From Octopus vulgaris (taxonomy: Eukaryota), in the NCBI GenBank assembly GCA_951406725.2, contig OX597817.1:56916001-56980000 (forward strand): 64,000 nucleotides of DNA. Direction: 5' to 3'. The notes beneath the pieces were generated by a model. It did not search any database. It was not told the origin of the DNA and worked only from the letters and a program-made list of their open reading frames with translations. The position numbers and the translations under genes were made by a program. Shown here in pieces: positions 52,756 through 64,000 of this stretch (the stretch's first letter is position 1; every line of letters starts with the position of its first letter).

Positions 52756-53480
52756 GCCAAATATATACGTTTTATTTATTATTTTGCACATTATATAATC
52801 ATCGGTATATTATTGTTATTTTATATTTAATATTTCTATTATATGTAATTTTCTAGATGGTGTAATTTAATTGTTCATTTTGAATTGATAAAAGGTGGAT
52901 TTTTTCTAATTTATATATATATATTATATTATATTATATTATATTATATTATATTATATTTTGTGAAATTTGATTTAGTATTTCTAAATTGAATTTTTCC
53001 CTGTAAGTTAGGAATAATATTCCCTCAAATTATTATTATTATTATTATATATGAATATATATATATCTGAAGTTACCTCCACTGTATTTACAGATCTCTA
53101 GACCTGAATTATTCTACGGATGTATATACAGGTGAAAACTCATGGTAATCATACACACAGAGATGCATATACAAATCGATATACCGAGAATCAGTAACAG
53201 CTGTGTACACAGATCAAATACACTTGCTTCGGCAGAACGTTACCGCCAATCCGTTGTTGTATCATTTATTTTTACCTTTGACAAGATAAACGATATTTAT
53301 TGAAACGACTGTCTTGCTGTCAAGCGTCATTTCAACGTTAATAAAAAGAAATACTGTCTCTATATTGTATGACGTTTGTTGAGTCATGGCCAACCGGACA
53401 CTAATTCGTGCTTTATAAGTGCTATATATATATATACACACACATAGACACATAGACATGTATAAACATAAGTCTATATA

Positions 53481-53519
<39 letters not shown>

Positions 53520-53613
53520 ATATATATATATATATATATATATGTCTACATATACATATGTATATGTGTGTGTATGTCTCTATATGCGATACAATGTATA
53601 TATACATACATAC

Positions 53614-53649
<36 letters not shown>

Positions 53650-53798
53650 ACTATTATGTTATAGCTATCTCACTACCAATCTTGGGGTAAATACACACAC
53701 ACACATATATAAATACATATATATTTATACATATGTGTGCGTATGTATGTGTATGTGTGTGTAGATAGATAGATACATACATTCATACATACATACAT

Positions 53799-53848
<50 letters not shown>

Positions 53849-54049
53849 ATACATACATACATGCATGCATACATACATACATACATACATACATGCATGC
53901 ATGCATGCATGCATACATACATACATACATACATATGCACATACATGCATACATACATACATACACACATACATACATGCATGCATGCATACATACATAC
54001 ATACATACATACATACATACATACAAACATACATACATACATACATACA

Positions 54050-54079
<30 letters not shown>

Positions 54080-54081
<2 letters not shown>

Positions 54082-54680
54082 CTATGGAATGAAAGGAGCA
54101 TTAAACGTGACATCAAAGCACAGGTCTATAAAGCTACCATTCTTACTGCTCTCTTGTATGGTTTAGAATCGTGGATACCGTATAGATGACACATTAACCA
54201 ACTAAACGTCTTCCACAAAGGCTGTCTGAGGAGAATCTGGGGTTATTTACTAAAAGACAGAGTTTCCAATGCCGATTTCTTTATCAAGTGTACGATTGGT
54301 GGAATCGAGAGCTTTCTTATGAAATCACAATTGCGCTGGGCTGGCCATGTCGTGACGAAAGAATACCCAAACTCCTCATGTACAGCCAGCTTGAGAGTGA
54401 GCACAAGCATGTTAGGTGACCATGGCTCAGATAAAAGGACAAGCTCAGAAATGAAGCACCTTTGAGCGAACAGCCTTGGAATGAACAAAATTGAGATCGT
54501 TGTGTCAAAATGGTATTAAAAACTTTGTTGCAAACAGATTCAACAGGCTTAGGGGTGCAAGGCAAAGGAGTAATGCAGCTGCAAATGTACCACCTGCATT
54601 CACCTGTAATCCATATACTTGCAACATCTGTGGCCTTCTTTGCAAATCGTTGGCGGGACTATCGAAGCCTCATATGTCGA
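54080..54680 (+). mobile_element. Decayed RTE LINE 3' end with C-terminal zinc finger
   Basis: LW...I....K..VYKATILTALLYGLESW..YR*H..QLNVFH.GCLRRI....KDRVSN......IES.LMKSQLRWAGHV..RIPK.LMYSQL and YTCNICGLLCKSLAGL, with stops and frameshifts. Confidence 0.92.
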
Positions 54681-54900
54681 AACTGGCGGGAGATTATGTT
54701 AACTCTAGCATTACTACTTTTGTCATACTGATGGCGTCCCTGAGTAACTTCATTGCTTTCATTTTCCTTTTATGTTATAATCTACTTATCAACCTAAGTA
54801 TTGAATATATATATATATATATATATATAATCAAATGACATACCAAGTATGTGTACCTGCTGCAAATAACAGTCAAAACTCTTATTTAAATCGCCCCTCC

Positions 54901-54958
<58 letters not shown>

Positions 54959-55084
54959 CATGTATACATATATTTACACGCATATACACATGCATATATA
55001 TATACATACATATATATATAGCTACATATATATATATGCATGCATGTGTAAATATATATGTGTGTGTGTGTGTATGTATGCATG

Positions 55085-55131
<47 letters not shown>

Positions 55132-55971
55132 GTATATATGCATGTGTGTATGTATGTATGCATGTATATCTGAGTGTGTTTGTGCGGAGGGTGTGTAATA
55201 CAGGATAAGATGTTGTCCAGCTATAAAGGAGGCGAACATAAAATCTACATCTGCCATTATGATGTCAGGACCAGCATGAAGATTTGGGGGAAAAAAACGA
55301 AAAATCATAAGAATGTGTCGGAAAAAGTTTGCAATCAATCAGCTGACACAGTCTTATGGGGGGAAGAGAATAACGATGATGATGACGATGATGGTGGTAG
55401 TGGTGGTGGTGGTAGTGGTGGTGGTGGTGGTGGTGGTGGTGGTGGTGGTGGTGATGGAGGGGTGGTGGCGGGGTGGCGGCGGAATTGAGGTGTGTGGAGA
55501 TCTATCAGACAGACAGTCAGACAGGCACGATGTGCAGAAAGAGATTCGGTTTGGCATCGAAATCAGGTTACTGCTGACATTGGTAATACTCACAACAACA
55601 ACAACAGCAACAACATCAACAACAACACCAGCAGAAAAAAAAACCCCCGCCCATTTCCATCCCATGCTGCATTGCACCTCCAGAAGTAGTAAAAATAACA
55701 TTTCATAGTCTCCATAACAGATGGCGCTACCACTACATCGCCTCTAGTACCACCACCACCACCACCACCACCACCATCACCACCACCACCACCACCGCCA
55801 CCACCACCGCCACCTCCACTGTCATCGTCGCCACCGTCACCACCACCCCGCTACTACCACCACCACCAACAACAACAACAACAACAACAACATCCCTACA
55901 GTGCCTCCCCCCTCTCACCCATAACGTTACACTGCGGCCTTTTCCGCACACAGCCACATTGCAGCACACTA

Positions 55972-56023
<52 letters not shown>

Positions 56024-56216
56024 ACTCGCACACGCACACACACACACCACTACCCTAGACTGCAGTAATAACCACAACCACACACACATATAAATAAAGG
56101 AAAACGCGCACGAATACAGATATATAGAGAAACACACACAACACAGACACACCCACTAACACATACACACACGCATACATGCACACAAGCATATATGTGT
56201 GTATATGTATATATAT

Positions 56217-56251
<35 letters not shown>

Positions 56252-58235
56252 CACACAGTCATCTTTTACATACGTCTGTCTGTTTGTCTTTATGTGTGTC
56301 TGTCTGTCTGTCAGCTGGGTGTGAATCTTATTGAAGAGACGTAGGCAGAGATGGGAGATCCGATGCCACACTTTCTGACAACAACAACTACTGCTGCTGC
56401 TGCTGCTGCTGCTACTACTACTACTACTGCTGCTGCTACTACTGCTACCGTTACTGCCACCACTACAGGGGGAAAGGACGGCAGCACCAAACCTCCCTGG
56501 CAACGGCAGCAGGAACAGCATTAGAAACGAACACTATCAAGAGACAAACTGATCAACAACAACAACAACAGCAATGACAATAATAATAATGATAACAATG
56601 ATAATGATAATAATGATAATTAATGATGATGATGATGACAATGACAATGATAATGATTTCAAATTTTGACGCAAGGCCGGCAGTTTCGAAGGAGGGGACG
56701 AATCGACTACATCGATTCCAGTGCAAAGCTGGTACTTCTGTTATCGACCCTGAAGAGAAAGAAAGAAAGAAAGGAAGGAAGAAAGAAAGAAAGAAACTCG
56801 GAAAGAAATGTGAAGTGAAAAATGAGAAGGAAATTATATAGACCAGCTGACATTTCCAGATATGAGTAACAGCGATCGATTTCCACCGTTCCGCGAACAT
56901 CAAGGGCCATATATTACCCACGAAGCCTCTTCTTCGTCGGTGGTTCGCGTGGTCTACAAGTTGGATGGATCGAAGGGGAGCACTGCGACGCTCCGGGATA
57001 CTCCGAGGTGAGCCACCCTAAAAGAGTAACGTCTCCACTACTCCACCACTTGGGGACACCCATCAGTCATGAATGACTATGGGAATACACCTAGAAAGTT
57101 ACCCTCCAAGTCACAATTCCGAGCAAGGTTGTTTATGGAAGACCAGCAGTTGCCCATGCACACCACTGATGTTATTCAAGGGAAAGGCAAAGAGGCCGAT
57201 ACAGCTTGGCACCAGTGACGTCACAGCTCATTTCTACAGCTGAGTGAACTGGAGCAACGTGAAATAAAGAGGGTCGATGTAATCGACTTAATCCATTTGT
57301 CTGTACTTGTTTGTCCCCTCTAAGCGTTGCCCCTTGTGGGCAATAAAGAAATAGTAAAGGCTGAACTAAATCCATGATAATCCAAATGTTAAATGTTTCT
57401 ACCAAATTCCTTGACTCACAAATCGCCGGGTAATATATGGTCAGTGATTCTCTGCCTCGGTACCAACTATTTAATTAAGCTCAGTTCACTTCATTTTAAA
57501 TAGGTACCATGCGGTTGTTAACTAACATTAACTGATATTAGCTTTATCTATATTCATTTAGTCAAATCTATATTCATAATTCACCAAAGAAACATCCCGA
57601 CCAAAATGTTACGCTTTTCTGCTTCTTCGCAGTAAACCGTATTCCACTTCACTTTTGAACTCCTTAGATTCATTAATTATAGGTACAGACCCTCACTAAT
57701 TACTGATACCAAGTCTCACTAATCTATTACCGTTTACTATACAAGGCGGCGAGCTGGCAGAAACGTTAGCACGCCGGGCGAAATGCATAGCCGTATTTCG
57801 TCTGCCGTTATGTTCTGAGTTCAAATTCCGCCGAGGTCGACTTTGCCTTTCATCCTCTCGGGGTCGATAAATTAAGAACCAGTTACGCACTGGGGTCGAT
57901 GTAATCGACTGGCCTCCTCCCCAAAAATTTCGGGCCTTGTGCCTAGAGTAGAAAAGATTACCATTTACAATACAAAGGTACATGTGGAGGCGCATGACTT
58001 AATGGTTTGTGTGTTGGACTCATGATCGAAAGATTGTGATTTCGATTCCAGAGCGGGTGCCGCGTTGTGTTCTTGAGCAAGACACTTCATTTCACATTGC
58101 TCCAATCCACTTAGCTGGTAAAAATGAGTAACTGTGCGACGCACTGGGGGGTCCCATCTAGGGAAGGAATATACGCAATAGAAACCGTAAAACCTGCTCT
58201 CTGCTCCTTACAGAATAATGTGGTCGAAATATATA

Positions 58236-58437
58236 CAGGTACAAGACCGATTTTCCGGACACTGATAGTCCGGAACTTCATATAATCCCCGCTATTTTAC
58301 ACTAATTTACAGTTACCCGTTTTTCAATTAATTATTTAAGATTTGTATAATGTAGAGTGTGCTGACCAGGGTGGTTGCTCGTGGTTCGGAAAAATCAATA
58401 CTCCGGGAAGGTTCTGGAAAAATCAATATTGTAACTG
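58236..58437. mobile_element. Tc1/mariner (Tigger/pogo-like) MITE
   Basis: TA|caggtacaagaccgattttccgga ... tctggaaaaatcaatattgtaactg|TA: imperfect ~24-bp TIRs with TA flanks. Confidence 0.65.
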
Positions 58438-58632
58438 TACTTGCTCTTTCGCTACTTTCTCCAGTATATAGGGAGAGGTGTGGCTGTGTGGCAAGAAGCT
58501 TGCTTCCCAACCACATGCTTCCGGGTTCAGTCTCACTGCGTGGCACCTTGGGCAAGTGACTTCTACTATAACCACGTTCTAACCAAGGACTTCTTAGTGG
58601 ATTTGGTAGACGGAAACCGACAGAATCCCTTC

Positions 58633-58680
<48 letters not shown>

Positions 58681-58871
58681 GAGTGTGTGTCTTTGCGTCT
58701 GAGTTTGTATCCCCACCGCCGCCTGACAACCGCTGTTGGTGTGTTTACGTCCCCGTAATTAAGCGGCTCGGCAAAAGAGACCGACTTAAAAATAAGTTCT
58801 GGGGATCGATTCGTTCGACTAAAAATTCTTCAAGGCGGTGCCCCAGCACGGCCACAGTCTAATGTATATAT

Positions 58872-59128
58872 CCGGTAGGGGTGGCGGGGAACCTGCTGTA
58901 CTCTTTCACCACAACTTTCTCTCACTCTTTCTTCCTGTTTCTTTTGTGCCTATATTTCAAAGGGGCCAGCCTTGTCACACTCTGTGTGATGCTGAATCTC
59001 TCCGAGAACTACATTAAGGGTATACGTGTCTGTGGAGTGCTCAGCCACTTGCACGTTAATTTCACGAGCAGGCTGTTCCATTGATCGGATCAACTGGAAC
59101 CCTCGTCGTCGTAACCGACGGAGTGCCG
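58872..59128 (+). mobile_element. Chimeric SINE: family D mid-body joined to family C tail
   Basis: 58872-58945 matches 26847-26920, and 58945-59128 matches 39495-39673. Confidence 0.8.
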
Positions 59129-59639
59129 TAAAGGAAAAAACAGCAATATATAAGACTTGATGGTCGTGGCTAGCAAACCTTTTATGATTTACCAACTTGA
59201 TCCGAGACTGACTTTGGGCTGAACAGCAGCAACAAGATAATTGCTTCTTTCTTGAAATTGTGAAGCCATGAATGAGACAAAGATAAATTTACCTGAAAAA
59301 TATTGACTCATACACCTTGGGGGTGGGTATGGTGGCGGGGTGAGGTAACGACGATGTTGTTTCATTAATTATGTACACTAATTATCTTCATTAATCACTG
59401 AGATAATTATCTCGCAAGAAAGATAATAGTAAAATTAATAGGTCTGTGACAAATATAATTACCATTCGAGACACATTTACGTACGGACGGACACACACAC
59501 ACACACACGTACATACATACATACATACATACACACACACACGCACATACATATATACATGCACACACACACACATACATACATACATACATACATACAT
59601 ACATACATACATACATAGTACTTACATACACCTGTGTCT

Positions 59640-59691
<52 letters not shown>

Positions 59692-62600
59692 TGGCAGTGT
59701 CTTTAAAAGCGTCGAACAAAGAGCTTCATGATATTTGTTCCGAATCTCTGCACTGTCAGTTCCAATTCTGTCGCGGTAAACTTTGCCCCTTGCATCGTGA
59801 AAGTCGATTATATCGACCCCAGTGCGTAACTGGTACTTATTTAATCGAACCCGAAAGGATGAAAGGCAAAGTTGACCTCGGCGGAATTTGAACTCAGAAC
59901 GTAGCGGCAGACGAAATACCTATTTCTTTACTACCCACAAGGGGCTAAACACAGAGGGGACAAACAAGGACAGACAAACGAATTAAGTCGATTATATCGA
60001 CTCCAGTGCGTAACTGGTACTTATTTAATCGATCCCGGAAGGATGAAAGGCAAAGTCGACCTCAGCGGAATTTGAACTCAGAACGTAGCGGCAGACGAAT
60101 ACCGCAAAGCATTTCGCCCGGCGTGCTAACGTTTCTGCCAACTCGCCGTCTTTAATAATAATGAAATTAACCCACCATGATACATTAAATGTATAATAAG
60201 TTTGCTCGAAGGCTTTCAGGTTTCTTTTCTGCTCCAGGCAGCGAATTGACAGAATCGTTAAAGCATACAACAAATGCCTTACACTACTTCTTTGCACTCT
60301 CGAGGTTCAATCCCACGGGGGTCAACTTTGCCTATCATTCTTTCTGGGACGATAAAATAAAATACCAGTCCGGACAGCGGATTGACGGAATTAGTAAGGC
60401 GTCAGACGGCTTTTGGTGTTTGGGGGGTGGGGGTGTCTTCTTTTTTTATTTCTGAGGGGTGAGAGAGAAGTTACTGAACCGTCCACCCAGTTTAAGATCA
60501 CTATCTAATATTTGAGTGCTTTTAGCTTAGACCTTTCTGTAGCAAGCACTAGGGCCAGATCTCTGGTCATAATGCTTCCAGCGGATTCAGAGTCATGGGT
60601 GCTGCCCTTCACTCGATGAAGGAACCGTTAACAAGAAAACACACGCACTCACACACACACATGTTGTATATTTTTGTGTCATTGAGCTCTTCTGGTTTTT
60701 CCAGAGTGGCTCAGTAAGACGTCCAAACGCAGATGAAGCTTTTGTCATGCAATTTTAAAGCTCATTGTTTCGTTAATCGTCATTCGATACAATGGCGCCG
60801 AGATAAATCAAAATAAGTGACGCTATTTAGTATGTTTCCATCCATCACGATTCTTGTCAACTTCGATGTTTGATATTGCAAGGAACCAAATGAGGGAGTT
60901 TGTAAGTGCCAACTCGACATACTAAGAATAACAGACAAACCTTCTGGCTGCATGGTTCTGAGTTCGTTCCTATTGCATGGAATCTTGGACAAGTAACATC
61001 TACTTTAGCCCTGGACCGGCCAAAGCCTTGTGAGTTGATTTGGTAGACGGAAACTGAAAGGAGCCCGTCGTATATTTTTGTATGTCCGTGTGTGTGAATG
61101 TTCGTCTCCCACCAAAGCTTGACAATCTGTGCTGGTGTGTTTACATCCCCGTAACTTAGCGGTTCGGCAAAAAAGATCAACAGAGTAAGTACCAGTCTTT
61201 AAAACAATAGATACTAGGGACGATTCATTCGACCAAGGCGGTGCCCTAGCATGGCCGCAGTCTAATGACTGAAACAAAACAAATAGAAAAAGAAAAGAAA
61301 AATGAAGAAAAAGATCTGCTAGCCCGGGGCTGCCCGGGCGGAAGACATAACTACAGCGTTTCAACGAGGTTAAACAAGACAAAAACCGTTAAATTAGCAG
61401 AATCGATGTAATTGGCCATCGCCACCAATACCACCACCAGCAACAACATCAACAACAACACCATCTCCACCACCACAAAACCACCACCACCACCACCAAC
61501 TACAACACCATCTCCACCACAACCACCATCTCCACCACAACCACCATCTCCACCACCACCACCACCACCACCACCACTACATCCACCGGAGAAAGTATCT
61601 CTGACCACGTCTGTGATCTTTGTTCAATAAGTTAGAATTAGCTGCTGCTGCTACTACTGCTACTACTGCAGTCGCTGCTATTGTTGTTGTTGTTGCTGTT
61701 GTTGTTGTTGTATTTCGATATTCTGTGGCTTCAAGGTCACCGTGACCTTTCATTAGAATTGTCCAGTAGAATATGTCTCTCAACGGACCTCTTGACATTC
61801 AGTGGAGATAGAATTGTGTGGTGGTGGTGGTGGTGGTGATAATGATGATGGTGGTGGTGGTGGTGGTGGTGGTAGATGTAGTGGGGTGGGAGGGATTTAG
61901 TGGTGGGTGGTGGTGGTGGTGGTGGTGGACATGATTACTGAAGATGTGTATGGTACTTGTAGAAGTAGTGATGGTGGTGGATGTAGTGGTGGTGGATGTA
62001 GTGGTGGTGGCGGCGATGGTTGGAGGGGTGTTGATTATAATGCTGGTGGTTGAAGTGGTGTTGGTTGTGGAAGTGGTGAATGGAACTGGTGATATTGCTG
62101 ATGGTGGTGGGGAAGGAAGGTTGCTGAAGTGGAGAGGTTGTTAGTGAAGTTTACGTTGATACTGATGACGATGACGATGATGATGATGATGATGACGATG
62201 ATGATGATAATGACGATGATTGTGATGGTAGTTAGCCATGGAGATGTTTAGAGGTCAATAATGAAGAAATGTGTCTGTAACGTCAAAAAACCATGAGCGG
62301 TTTGGTTTATTGAGAAATTCGATCTCGACGGTGGAGTGAAGGCCACGGTCGGTCTCAATCTCCCCCCATCTCTCCCCCCCTCTCTCTCTTTCCCACGCAC
62401 ACACACACACACACAGATCACACTCGCGAATGCGCACGCACACATATCTTAAAAAGACAGCCAACTACATATTTTTTTAATTTTTTACAGGAAAGAAAGA
62501 AAGACAAGGAAACAGCAGAAATATAAAAGATCAAGTTATCGAGAAAGAAAAAAACCATAACTGCCTCACTAAGGAAACAAAGCAGCCAAATAAAAGAAGA

Positions 62601-63762
62601 GGCGGGGAATTAAGCATCAGAAGATGGGAGGAGGCGGCGGAGGAGGAGGAGGAGGAACAGGTTGTACATCTCAGACCAAATAGTGTATTTAGCTGCACCT
62701 CGCGAACGCAATTGCAAATCGTTGCCATGGAGTTGTAGGATTGGCTGTGTGGTAAGTAGCTTGCTTACCAGCCACATGGTTCCGGGTTCAGTCCCACTGC
62801 ACTGCGTGGCACCTTGGGCAAGTGTCTTCTATTATAGCCTCGGGTCGACCAATGCCTTGTGAGCGGATTTGGTAGACGGAAACAGAAAGAAGTCCGTCGT
62901 ATATATATATACAAATGTGCGCGTGTGTGTGTATGTGTGTACCCCCACCCACTATCACTTGACAACTGATGCTAGTGTGTTTACGTCCCTGTAACTTAGC
63001 GGTTCGGCAAAATTGACGGATAGAATAAGTTCGAGGCTTATAAAGAATAAGTCTTGGGTCGATTTGCTCGACTGAAGGCAATGCTCCAGCATGGCCGCTG
63101 TCTGAAACAAATAAAAGAATAATAAATAAAAAAAAAATGGAGTGCAGCCAACGCTCCTCGATGCAACAGCCACCTCACCTCGCGGAGCTCATTTCTCAGA
63201 CGGGTCGCAGTTATCCCGATTTTGCGGCGGACATTTGCAGTGCAGGGTCCGAGGACACCTGAGATTGTGATGACTCAAGCACAAACTGACAGCGGCCGAT
63301 TTGGCACCTGTATTTGTTCATTTTTCTCTCTTCTGTGTTACGGGCGGCGATACCCGGACTTGCGGACGGACGATTCACGAGCAGACATGGTCTCCAGCTC
63401 AAACCCCCCCCCCCACACACACACTTTTGACCCACCAGGCCATTCTGTAATAGTGAGACCGGTTTCTTGGTTTCTTCCGACGGTCTGTTTTGAGGTGTAT
63501 TTCCTAAAAGCTAGCATCCGATGTTACGGTTTATTTCCTGGCTACTTAGAGTGTAAAATCACAATACTGATAATAACGAAAACGAAAAACTTGAACTTCC
63601 AGACTTTCCGCTTGGTTTATTCATAATTGTCCGATACGTGTTTCGATCGTATTAAAATATGTGTGTGTATGTATATATATACATGTATGTATATATATAT
63701 ATATACATGTGCCCCAGCATGGCCACAGCTCATTAGCTGAAACTGGAAAATCAAAATCAAAT

Positions 63763-63804
<42 letters not shown>

Positions 63805-63890
63805 TGACGCATATTTGCCATTTGAATATGGCTAACCCCTAAGGGTGGATGCTACTGTAGTTTGTAGCCGCAGGAAGATACCTCCTCCAG

Positions 63891-63956
<66 letters not shown>

Positions 63957-64000
63957 ATATATGTATACATACACTCACATACTGAAAGGAGCCTCTCATA

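Noticed and set aside
55710-55750. CTCF-like cagatggcgct
   Set aside because: Only a partial motif match, which cannot be supported from sequence alone.

Overview
Repeat-saturated, AT-rich eukaryotic non-coding DNA. It is most likely from an octopus or other coleoid cephalopod, inferred from the SINE families and the extreme microsatellite density. I find no confidently identifiable host protein-coding gene, and nearly all listed ORFs are microsatellite translations. The window holds about 40 copies of four tRNA-headed SINE families, plus decayed RTE LINE, mariner, Helitron, hAT/Tc-mariner MITE and Penelope-like element (PLE) RT/GIY-YIG fragments. The most interesting signal is a set of minimal type I hammerhead-ribozyme (HHR) motifs in short PLE-derived elements, many of them next to (TA)n tracts or inverted repeats. 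Three stand out: (i) a tRNA-headed SINE carrying an intact HHR (21152-21419); (ii) an HHR whose core has a compensatory C3G/G8C swap (20310-20364); (iii) a roughly 180-bp family in which three of four copies share an A6U core change. There is also a consensus recursive-splicing (AG|GTAAGT) site on the minus strand at 1421/1422, a possible + strand terminal exon with a poly(A) site near 8353-8725, and several long hairpins that could be ADAR substrates. Everything was read by eye, so repeat boundaries are approximate.
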